A stretch of 64,000 nucleotides of DNA from assembly GCA_964579515.1 (NCBI GenBank), contig CAZOHA010000009.1, positions 41 through 64,040 of the forward strand, written 5' to 3'. Position 1 is the stretch's first letter. Each line of letters starts with the position of its first letter. The stretch is from an uncultured Bacteroides sp. (lineage in GTDB: Bacteria > Bacteroidota > Bacteroidia > Bacteroidales > GCA-2748055). The notes under the pieces are model-generated. The model saw only the letters and a program-made list of their open reading frames with translations, had not been told where the DNA came from and did no database searches. The translations under genes and the position numbers were made by a program. Shown piece after piece: positions 45,379 to 53,600 of the stretch.

Positions 45379-46098
45379 ATGAAAACAGTTGTTTTAATGA
45401 CAGTCACCTTGTTGTTTTCTGTCACCCAGGTGGAAGCACAGGACGTACAGATTCCGCAGATCGGAGTGGAGGCTCCGTCATTTACTGCGATGTCGACCAA
45501 CGGAAAGATTAACTTTCCTGCCGATTTCGGCGATCACTGGAAGGTTGTTCTCTCCCACCCTAAAGATTTCACACCGGTGTGCTCTTCGGAATTACTGGAA
45601 CTGGCGCATGCACAGGAGAGTTTCGCCGAACTGAATGCCAAACTCCTGGTGGTTTCGACCGATATCATGGAGCAACATGAAAGCTGGAAGAAAGCGCTGG
45701 AGCGTGTGAATTACAAAGAGCGGTCCCCCGTCAGGATCGAGTTTCCGCTGGTGGCGGACGATGATCTGAAAGTCTCGAAAAAGTACGGAATGATCCATTC
45801 TCAAACCAGTGTGAAAGAGAATATCCGGGGGGTCTACTACATCGATCCGGACAATATCGTCAGGGCCATCCAGTTCTACCCCATCGAAGTGGGCAGGAAC
45901 GTGGAGGAGATCCAGCGGGCTTTGGTGGCATTGCAAACTGTCGACAGGAAACCCAACAGGGCTACACCTGCCAACTGGCAGGCCGGTGAGGATCTGCTGG
46001 TTCCGGTACTCTCACAGGAAGAAAAAGAGCGGATCGACCGGCCCGGTTCCCCTCTCTACCAATATTCCTGGTTCCTGGTATTCGAGAAATACCGGTAG
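45379..46098 (+). CDS. Peroxiredoxin (Prx6/1-Cys-like) with N-terminal signal peptide
   Basis: 239-aa ORF with signal MKTVVLMTVTLLFSVTQVEAQ and peroxidatic motif PKDFTPVCSSEL. Confidence 0.85.
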   Translation: MKTVVLMTVTLLFSVTQVEAQDVQIPQIGVEAPSFTAMSTNGKINFPADFGDHWKVVLSHPKDFTPVCSSELLELAHAQESFAELNAKLLVVSTDIMEQHESWKKALERVNYKERSPVRIEFPLVADDDLKVSKKYGMIHSQTSVKENIRGVYYIDPDNIVRAIQFYPIEVGRNVEEIQRALVALQTVDRKPNRATPANWQAGEDLLVPVLSQEEKERIDRPGSPLYQYSWFLVFEKYR

Positions 46099-46107
46099 TG
46101 GCGCTTA

Positions 46108-46170
46108 CCGGAGATTTGAGAATGCCGGTGCCGGTGATTTTAGAATACCGGTGATTTTAGAATACCGGAG
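46108..46170. repeat. 17-nt tandem repeat (CCGGTGATTTTAGAATA), two perfect copies plus one degenerate and two partial copies
   Basis: The perfect copies are at 46131..46147 and 46148..46164. The degenerate copy CCGGAGATTTGAGAATG is at 46108..46124. Confidence 0.8.
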
Positions 46171-46182
46171 AAATGAAAAATG

Positions 46183-46216
46183 GCCGTCTCATATGCTTAA
46201 TATGAGGCGGCTTTTT
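46183..46216 (+). terminator. Intrinsic terminator downstream of the peroxiredoxin gene
   Basis: Stem GCCGTCTCATA / TATGAGGCGGC (11 bp with one G:U pair), loop TGCTTAA, then TTTTT. Confidence 0.7.
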
Positions 46217-46512
46217 CGGTGGGTCCCGTTTTGCGGTTTCACGAAGTAACATTTTCGTTCGTTTTTCAAATACTGAAAATTATTCTTGAGTTCCAGGAAA
46301 AGAATATACTCACATATGTGTTTGTTTATGAATGGTTTAATCCGATTAACAATTTTGTTGAGTTTTGAAGAAAAGCAAACGAAATTGCTAATAGATGACA
46401 AATCAGTGGAAGCCCATGGCACGATGGATCATTATAGCAGACTCTATTTTCCGATCACCACCATGCTGATTATAAGGGAGTCCGGGAAACAGTGCCTGAA
46501 CCCGCACCTCCT

Positions 46513-48351
46513 TTAACGGCTGACCACCGCCACCCAATCCAGCTCCGGCGAGGAGGGCGGGGATCCCAGGTCCACGGATCCGCTTCCGGAAACGGAAGTC
46601 ACGCTTCCCTCCTGAAGCTCGCCCCCATTCCGCGGATCGAACCAGGACACAGACATCGAAGTCTCTGAATCGAGCCGGATCCTGGGATTCTGTGAGCCGG
46701 CAGGCAGGTATACCAGATAGAGTTCTCCCGGGTCGGCCAGGCAGAACGCCGGATAATCACCCCGAAGGCTCACCAGTTCGTCCGTGGACTCCATGGTTTC
46801 CAGCGGGTACCCCGAGACAAACCCGGTGGCCAGCGTGGACTGCTTCCACCAGTTCTCCCGGCTCCTGAAATCTTCCAGGTTCAGGTCGTTGTGGGGGAAC
46901 CGGTAGCCGAAATACCACTCCACGCCACCGCCTCCGGCCAGCAGGGTCCCCCAGAGGCAGTGGTGCCGCACCGTATCGTGGTCAGGGTCATGGCTGTCGG
47001 GCATTACCCCTTTCCAGGCAGGGCCGATCTCATCCAGGTTGACGATCCACCGCTTTCCGGCCTTTTCGGATTCATTTACCCATTTCAGAATTCGTTCATG
47101 TACCCTGGCCGGATTACCGATCTGCATGGAGGGCCCGTCGAGGTGTTCGAAGCCCAGCAGGGGTGTGAGGTATTCGTCCTGATGATGATCGTTGGAGTGG
47201 GTATGCACCACCACATTGCAGGAATAGGGATGGATCGTTTTCAGGTAGGTGGCCATGGCCTTTTTCTGTGCTTCGGTCTGACCGATGGGAGACCAGTTGG
47301 TGGGACCGTTCTCCTCACCCAGGTTCCAGGTGACACCCAGGTGGTGTCCGAAACGGGCCACCAGCTCCCTGAGGTACACCCTTCGCTGCACTCCGGTGTG
47401 TCCCATATCAAGAAGGCATTCGTTCTCGGTCTCCTGCAGGACGAAATGGAGCATGATCCCCTTTTGCTGCATGTGCTCGAATACCACTTCCCACTGATCC
47501 AGCTTGCTGCAGTCGAACCGGTACCGCTCGTTGTGGTCGGTATAAGGCCATACATCCTTCCCGTCGCCGATAATGTTCATAGTGAGCATATAGACCGAGT
47601 TGACTCCCGCGGAAGCCAGGTAATTCACTGCCCCGATGATCCCTTTCCCCTTGCCGTCCTGCCAGGTGGGATCACCCACCTGCCAGTCGTCCAGGTGGGG
47701 CTCATACCGGTGAAGGCTTTTCCTGGGATCGGCCTCTCCCTCCCTGGCTGTCGGTTTCATGCTGAACCGCCGTGTCTGGTCAAACTCTTCGTAGGCCAGG
47801 AAATTTTCCGGGCTGTCGGCTCCGTTCTTGATCCAGATCTCACCGGTACCCCGGAACCGGAAATATCCATCCCCTCCGTTGACCAACCTTCCATGTGCAC
47901 GAAAGTCAGCTCCATCCTTGTCGGAAGAGTCCACTTCGAACGATCCTTCGGCGCCATCTGCGCCCACCGGCTGACCGGAGGATGCATCATCCAGAATGGC
48001 GATATCCTTTCCCTTCAGGAAAGAGACCCTGTAATTCCATGTTCCGGGCTCACCGGGCCTGAAATGCACCTTCCATACCCTCCCCTCAACGGCCGAGGTC
48101 TCACCTGCATTTCCGTCGGCTGCAAAATATCCGGGTACCGTAAAAGAATTATTCCCGTTGGAGAACTCCGCCTCCAGCTTATAATCGAGGAAGGGATTTA
48201 AAGTGTCCCACTCAGAGGCATAGGGACCGTTGAAAACCAAGGATACCTTATGCCACTGTTTCAGTTCACCCTCCACGCGGACCATGGAATCAGTGGCCGG
48301 CCGGCATGACGCCACCAGCAGGATTGGAATCAGATAGATAAGCCTTTTCAT
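46513..48351 (-). CDS. DUF5060-domain + TIM-barrel glycoside-hydrolase-like lipoprotein (paralogous core to the 15799 gene)
   Basis: 612-aa ORF with lipobox LLVASC. The DUF5060-like N-domain is WHKVSLVFNGPYASE...VWKVHFRPGEPGTWNYRVSF. Confidence 0.78.
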   Translation of the reverse strand: MKRLIYLIPILLVASCRPATDSMVRVEGELKQWHKVSLVFNGPYASEWDTLNPFLDYKLEAEFSNGNNSFTVPGYFAADGNAGETSAVEGRVWKVHFRPGEPGTWNYRVSFLKGKDIAILDDASSGQPVGADGAEGSFEVDSSDKDGADFRAHGRLVNGGDGYFRFRGTGEIWIKNGADSPENFLAYEEFDQTRRFSMKPTAREGEADPRKSLHRYEPHLDDWQVGDPTWQDGKGKGIIGAVNYLASAGVNSVYMLTMNIIGDGKDVWPYTDHNERYRFDCSKLDQWEVVFEHMQQKGIMLHFVLQETENECLLDMGHTGVQRRVYLRELVARFGHHLGVTWNLGEENGPTNWSPIGQTEAQKKAMATYLKTIHPYSCNVVVHTHSNDHHQDEYLTPLLGFEHLDGPSMQIGNPARVHERILKWVNESEKAGKRWIVNLDEIGPAWKGVMPDSHDPDHDTVRHHCLWGTLLAGGGGVEWYFGYRFPHNDLNLEDFRSRENWWKQSTLATGFVSGYPLETMESTDELVSLRGDYPAFCLADPGELYLVYLPAGSQNPRIRLDSETSMSVSWFDPRNGGELQEGSVTSVSGSGSVDLGSPPSSPELDWVAVVSR

Positions 48352-48395
48352 GGGTTCAGGAATATTGGGTTTCGGACCCTAATATAACCATTTCC

Positions 48396-49307
48396 CTATT
48401 TTTTCATCTCCAGTTCCAGGGGGGTGATCTCTTCACCCCAGTAAACGGTGGTATGGGGGAAGGGGATCTCGATCCGGTTGGCATCGAACGCTTTCTTAAG
48501 CCGGCCGCGGTATTCCCTTCCCACCGTCCATTGCTGTATGGGCTTGGTTTTCAGCCGGGCCTTGATGACCACCGCACTGTCGGCAAAGGCATCCACCCCG
48601 AAGATCTCGATGGGCTCCAGGATGTTCGGTCCGAACACCTCATCCTCCTTCATCTGATCGCCCACCTCTTTCATGATCTCCATCACCCGGTCAATATCCT
48701 CCTTATAGGCCACCCCGACATCGAACACCATGGCCGACCACTCTTTGGTCATATTGGACAGGGTGCTGATCTTGCCGTTCTGAAACACGTGCACCACTCC
48801 TGAAAAATCACGGAGGGTAATGGTTCGCAGATCGATGGCCTCCACCAGACCGCCGGTGCCGTTGATAATGGCCACATCGCCTGTACGGATCCGGTTCTCC
48901 AGGATGATGAAAAAACCTGTGATAAAATCCCTTACCAGTTCCTGGGCCCCGAAACCCACTGCCAGGCCGACTATACCGGCAGCCGCCAGGATGGGACCAA
49001 TATCAATTCCGACCTTTTGAAGTGCAAGCATCAGGAAGACCAGCCAGATAGCGACCATCAACACGCCCTGAATCAGAGAGGTCAGGGTACTGATCCTTTT
49101 CTCCACTTCCGGTGCGTCGGTCTCTTCCCTTTTCTCCACCCTGCTGGAAAGTCCTTTTTTTACCCGTTTAATAGTGAATTTGACCACACGAAGTGCGATA
49201 AATAATAACACCAGGATGATCAGAAGTCCGGGCAGTTCGGTGACCACCCATGTCTTGGCGCTGTTCAATAATGAAGTCCAGAAATCGGCATCAACCAGTT
49301 GTTCCAT
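48396..49307 (-). CDS. Mechanosensitive ion channel (MscS family)
   Basis: 303-aa ORF with three TM helices, followed by the MscS beta-domain motif GDVAIINGTGGLVEAIDLRTITLRDFSG. Confidence 0.85.
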   Translation of the reverse strand: MEQLVDADFWTSLLNSAKTWVVTELPGLLIILVLLFIALRVVKFTIKRVKKGLSSRVEKREETDAPEVEKRISTLTSLIQGVLMVAIWLVFLMLALQKVGIDIGPILAAAGIVGLAVGFGAQELVRDFITGFFIILENRIRTGDVAIINGTGGLVEAIDLRTITLRDFSGVVHVFQNGKISTLSNMTKEWSAMVFDVGVAYKEDIDRVMEIMKEVGDQMKEDEVFGPNILEPIEIFGVDAFADSAVVIKARLKTKPIQQWTVGREYRGRLKKAFDANRIEIPFPHTTVYWGEEITPLELEMKK

Positions 49308-49361
49308 AGTTTCTAGGTTTAAAGTGTACGAGCGTAACTACTAAAGTTATGAAAAAGACAT

Positions 49362-50288
49362 CTAACAGTCATGATGGCAATCCTCCAGGCTTTTCTCTTC
49401 GATCTGGAAGGTGGTGTGTCCTATCCCGAATCTCTCCTCCAGTTGATTCTGCAGTTCTTTGATAAAACGATCACCGGCAGAATGAGGCATGATCAGGTGT
49501 GCTGTGAGGGCAACCTGTGTGGTGCTCATGCTCCAGATGTGGAGGTCGTGCAGATCCTCCACTCCCTCCCTGGATAGCAGAAACTCGCGCACCTCTTCCA
49601 GATTGATATGCCTGGGGACCGCATCCAGGGCAAGATTTACCGAATCGATGAAAAGCCGCCAGGTACTCCAGACGATCACCGCGATGATCAGAAAGCTGGC
49701 CAAAGGATCGATCCATCCGTTGCCGGTGAGGGTGATCAGCCATCCCGCAACCACCACTCCCAGAGAGATGCCGGCATCAGCCGCCATATGGAGAAAGGCT
49801 CCTTTGATATTAAGGTCGCCTTTGCGGCCCTTTATGAAAAGCAAGGCAGTGACAGTGTTGATCACCACCCCGATCCCGGCCACGATCATCACTGTTTCTC
49901 CGGCGACATCGACCGGTTTTCCCAGCTTCCGGATGGCATCCCAGGCGATCACCCCCAGTGCCCCGAAAAGGATCAGTGCATTCACAATCGAAACCAGGAT
50001 AGTGGTTTTACGGAGACCGTAGGTATACTTTCCTTTGGGCCTGAGCGTGGCCATCCAGGCCGCCGACCATGCAAAGGCCAGACTGAGAACATCACTGGCA
50101 TTGTGCCCTGCATCGGCTAGCAGGGCGGAAGAATTGGCAATGAGCCCGTAGATCACCTCGACGGCAACAAAAATCAAATTCAGCGAAATGCCAATAATAA
50201 AGGCCCGCCTGTGAGTTATCTGCCGTTCACCTTCATTCGTGCGACCAGCTCCGTGTCCCATATCCATAAAACAATCCTTAAAAAGCAA
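49362..50288 (-). CDS. Cation diffusion facilitator (CzcD/ZitB-like) transporter
   Basis: 308-aa ORF. The start may instead be the internal Met MDMGHG. Motifs are ALLADAGHNASDVLSL and FLHMAADAGISLGVV, with a His-rich C-terminus. Confidence 0.85.
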   Translation of the reverse strand: MLFKDCFMDMGHGAGRTNEGERQITHRRAFIIGISLNLIFVAVEVIYGLIANSSALLADAGHNASDVLSLAFAWSAAWMATLRPKGKYTYGLRKTTILVSIVNALILFGALGVIAWDAIRKLGKPVDVAGETVMIVAGIGVVINTVTALLFIKGRKGDLNIKGAFLHMAADAGISLGVVVAGWLITLTGNGWIDPLASFLIIAVIVWSTWRLFIDSVNLALDAVPRHINLEEVREFLLSREGVEDLHDLHIWSMSTTQVALTAHLIMPHSAGDRFIKELQNQLEERFGIGHTTFQIEEKSLEDCHHDC

Positions 50289-50370
50289 TGTTCCCGCACC
50301 GGCCTCATCACTGGTCCGGAGGAACGCAACTCACCTGCCAACCGGAAAAGTACTAAAAGGGGAAGCCATG

Positions 50371-51039
50371 CTAAGATACAGACCGGATACTATCGATCAG
50401 TCGTTCAAGAAACCCTTCTGCCACCACGATATCCTGGATCCCGTCAATCAAAAACTGAATTCCCACGCACAGTAAGAGAAATCCCATAATCTTGGAGAGC
50501 GCGTTGACCCCGGTGGCCCCGAAAAAATTCAGGATCTTGCCGGAAGCCCTCAGGGTCAGGAAGGCCGCCAGAACGGTCAGAAAAATCCCGACAATGATCC
50601 CCGTGAAATCGATCCATTGATCGGTGCCGGCTGCAAGACCGATGGTCACCGCAATGGCTCCGGGTCCGCTGAGACTGGGCATGGCAAGTGGAGTGAAGGA
50701 TACATCGGCCTTCTCCTCGGCCTCTTCCAGAGCCTCTTCCTGAATCTCTTCATCCTCAGCTTTCAGCATGGAAAAAGCAACTCTGATGACCATGATACCC
50801 CCGGCAATCCTCAATCCGGGAATGGAAATCCCGAAAAACTCCATGATCAGAGTTCCTGTAATGAGAAAAACCAACAGGATTCCGAAGGCGTACACGGAGG
50901 CCTTGAGAGCCTGGCGCCTTCTCACCTCCTGGGTTTTTCCGGAGGTAATGGACATGAACAGCGCGGCTGTGCTCACCGGATTGGTAATGGGCAAAAGAGC
51001 AACTACCGTGGCAATGATAATGTTGAACCAGTCAGCCAT
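50371..51039 (-). CDS. MarC-family (UPF0056) membrane protein
   Basis: ORF trimmed to MADWFNIIIATVVALLPITNPVS, a typical MarC N-terminus. It has 6 TM helices. Confidence 0.75.
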   Translation of the reverse strand: MADWFNIIIATVVALLPITNPVSTAALFMSITSGKTQEVRRRQALKASVYAFGILLVFLITGTLIMEFFGISIPGLRIAGGIMVIRVAFSMLKAEDEEIQEEALEEAEEKADVSFTPLAMPSLSGPGAIAVTIGLAAGTDQWIDFTGIIVGIFLTVLAAFLTLRASGKILNFFGATGVNALSKIMGFLLLCVGIQFLIDGIQDIVVAEGFLERLIDSIRSVS

Positions 51040-51196
51040 GATCTTTGGTTTTCCGGATGTGCACAAATCACCTGCCAACCGGAAAATGCGCTTCGGGGGG
51101 TATGCACAGGCCGGATTGTTGGGGAAATTCTGTGACAGTCGTGTGGTGTGAATGGGACACCTTAAAGGTTCAAAGAGAATTCCTTACCTTTATTGT

Positions 51197-51988
51197 ATGA
51201 GGAAATTATACGCTATTGCCAACCTGGCGGTCATCGTTATGGTGATCATCTGGAACTATGCCGCCAATGCCATCGGGATCAACGGAAACAGCGTGGGCAG
51301 CCTGAGTGACCGGTACGATACGCTGTTCACTCCTGCCGGCTATGCCTTCGCCATCTGGGGACTCATCTATCTGGGCCTGATCGCCCACGGGATCTTCCAG
51401 GTCCGTTCAGCCTTCTCTCCCAAAAGGGACGATGCCTTTATTTCTCAGATGGGTCCCTGGTTCATCATAGCCAACCTGGCCAACGCGGGATGGATCTGGT
51501 TCTGGCTCACCGAGCAGACGGGCATTTCGGTGGTCATGATGCTGATCATCCTGGTCTCCCAGGTCATCCTGATCATCAGGCTGAACATGGAACGGTGGGA
51601 CGCCCCTCTGCCCATCCTTGCCTGGGTCTGGTGGCCCCTCTGCCTCTACAGCGGATGGATCGCCGTGGCCACCATTGCCAATGTGGCCGCCTACCTGGAA
51701 AAGACCGGATGGGAGTTCCTGTTCAGCGATCTTACATGGGCGATCATCATGGTCATCGTGGCCACCCTGGTGAACCTGTTTATGATTCTTACGCGAAACA
51801 TGCGGGAGTTTGCAGCGGTGGGGATCTGGGCGCTGCTGGCCATCGCAGTCAGGCACTGGGGAGCGATCCCCTCGCTGCAATGGACCGCTCTTCTGGGTGC
51901 GGTGGTGCTGTTTATCGCCATCACCATCCACGGCTACCGGAACCGGGCCACCAATCCGGTGATGAAACGGATGGAATCATCGCAGTAA
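51197..51988 (+). CDS. Trp-rich polytopic membrane protein, TspO/MBR-related (tentative)
   Basis: ORF 51152..51988 trimmed to MRKLYAIANLAVIV. The FTPAGYAFAIWGLIYLGL motif is present, and several W-rich TM helices are visible. Confidence 0.5.
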   Translation: MRKLYAIANLAVIVMVIIWNYAANAIGINGNSVGSLSDRYDTLFTPAGYAFAIWGLIYLGLIAHGIFQVRSAFSPKRDDAFISQMGPWFIIANLANAGWIWFWLTEQTGISVVMMLIILVSQVILIIRLNMERWDAPLPILAWVWWPLCLYSGWIAVATIANVAAYLEKTGWEFLFSDLTWAIIMVIVATLVNLFMILTRNMREFAAVGIWALLAIAVRHWGAIPSLQWTALLGAVVLFIAITIHGYRNRATNPVMKRMESSQ

Positions 51989-52056
51989 GGTCGCCCTTCG
52001 TTTTTTGGCACGCTTTTGCAGGAGGTTTCAGCGCAGAACCCGAAAAAAACCAAATC

Positions 52057-52464
52057 ATGACACTAGCTGAAATTCTCGTTGCCATTACCATGGCTATTGC
52101 TGTGGGACTCTTTTTCTACTTCGTATTCAGGGTGACCGGACCCTGGGGCAGCCTGCTGGCCTTTCTGGTCATTCTGATCCTTGCAGGACTTGCAGCCGAA
52201 GCCTGGATCGTCCCGTTCGGACCCACCATCTATGGGGCCCCGTGGGTCTCCGCGCTGATAGTGATCCTGCTGTTCGCGCTGATCATTGCAGCGGCCACAC
52301 CACCCAGGTCTCCCAGGGAAAGACCGGTGGTATCGGAAACAGAAGCCGATATCACCGAAAGAGAGACTGCCGGAGCCATTGCATTTGGTGTGTTTTTCTG
52401 GATCTTTTTGATCGTGCTGTTTATAGCCGCCGTCTGGGGTCTGGCAACTGCTCCCGTGGCCTGA
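52057..52464 (+). CDS. Small membrane protein of unknown function (4 TM)
   Basis: ATG 52057 lies within the long ORF 51490..52464. The product starts MTLAEILVAITMAIAVGLFFYF and is strongly hydrophobic with a charged central loop. A GGAGG-like purine tract sits upstream. Confidence 0.5.
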   Translation: MTLAEILVAITMAIAVGLFFYFVFRVTGPWGSLLAFLVILILAGLAAEAWIVPFGPTIYGAPWVSALIVILLFALIIAAATPPRSPRERPVVSETEADITERETAGAIAFGVFFWIFLIVLFIAAVWGLATAPVA

Positions 52465-52508
52465 CGATTTCACGACAGCTGCGATCGTACGAGCCATCGC
52501 TGCAATAA

Positions 52509-53465
52509 TCAGTATTTCGCCACGTTCGACTCGGTGAAAACCCTGGCGTAAAGTCGTTTATATTCGGATGGATTCAGGCCGGTGAACCTTCTGAAAACCT
52601 TCCGGAAAGAGGCAAAATCGCTGTATCCCGCCTCCTTGCTGACCTGTTCGATCCCGTCGAGGCCCGACTCTAACATTCGTTTCGCCTTTTCGATGCGGAC
52701 TTTCTGAATGTACACATTGGGGGTTTCTCCGGACGCTTTCTTGAAATTCCTCATAAAGGTGCGTACCGACATATGCGCCACACCGGCCAGCTGCTCTATG
52801 GAAAGAGGCCTCCCGGCGTGTTTCTCAATGTATTCCTGCACCCGTAGGACCGGCTCAATGCTATGGCTCTTCTGAAGATTCAGGATCTTGTAGCTGTCCT
52901 GGTTGGAATCATGCAGGTGTATAAGGAAAATCTTCGATGCCAGGATGGCCAGCTCCCGTCCGAAATATTTTTCGATGAGATAGATCATCAGTGTGGTGAA
53001 AGAATACGCACCTCCGCTGGTATAGAGCCGGTTGAAATCGGTCACAATCTTGTCATCGACCAGGTATACCCTTGGAAACCGCCTTTTGAACATCTCGGCA
53101 CCCATCCAGTGAGTGGTGGCCACAGAATGGTCCAGCAATCCGGTGGATGCCAGCAGAAACGAGCCCAGGCAGATGGATGCCACCTCCCCTCCTCTTCTAT
53201 ACTGATCTCTGATCCAGGTGATTAAATGTCCGGAATGATGCAGCACTTTGTCGATCGTGTTAAAATGCATGGCCGGGATGATCACCAGGTCGAACTGCGG
53301 AGTCAGGTCAAGTCTTTGTTCCTCCACGATAGATACTTCCAGGGTGGGCATCTCCAGTCCGGGATGGAAGGTGGTGGCCAACTCGCCGAGTTGCCGGAAC
53401 ATCTCATAGGGACCAAAAACACTGCTCATGACCGAATGACGGAATTGTAATATGGCGATCTCCAT
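52509..53465 (-). CDS. GlxA-type transcriptional regulator (DJ-1/PfpI-like domain + AraC HTH)
   Basis: ORF trimmed to MEIAILQFRHSVMSSVFGPYEMF. The C-terminal AraC HTH contains SIEQLAGVAHMSVRTFMRNFK and GYSDFASFRKVFRRFTGLNPSEY. Confidence 0.85.
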   Translation of the reverse strand: MEIAILQFRHSVMSSVFGPYEMFRQLGELATTFHPGLEMPTLEVSIVEEQRLDLTPQFDLVIIPAMHFNTIDKVLHHSGHLITWIRDQYRRGGEVASICLGSFLLASTGLLDHSVATTHWMGAEMFKRRFPRVYLVDDKIVTDFNRLYTSGGAYSFTTLMIYLIEKYFGRELAILASKIFLIHLHDSNQDSYKILNLQKSHSIEPVLRVQEYIEKHAGRPLSIEQLAGVAHMSVRTFMRNFKKASGETPNVYIQKVRIEKAKRMLESGLDGIEQVSKEAGYSDFASFRKVFRRFTGLNPSEYKRLYARVFTESNVAKY

Positions 53466-53600
53466 AGGACAGGCTTTATGGCAAATATACCCATTTAACT
53501 TGGCATTGTTGCCATTTCCTGCCATTTATTTAGACACTATCTTCATAATCAACCAGTTCTCGGGACCCGGCAAACAGGACGGAACCATGGGCACCTGGTG

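Noticed and set aside
46189-46516. Two overlapping short ORFs (77 aa minus strand, 76 aa plus strand) in the AT-rich island
   Set aside because: Both have low-complexity, Lys/Asn/Ile/Phe-rich translations that follow AT composition. They have no start context or motif and are mutually overlapping on opposite strands.
51490-52056. The 5' two thirds of the 324-aa ORF 51490..52464
   Set aside because: This part overlaps, out of frame, the Trp-rich membrane protein gene (51197..51988) and has Gly/His/Pro/Arg-rich composition. Only the hydrophobic 3' part from ATG 52057 looks like a real protein.
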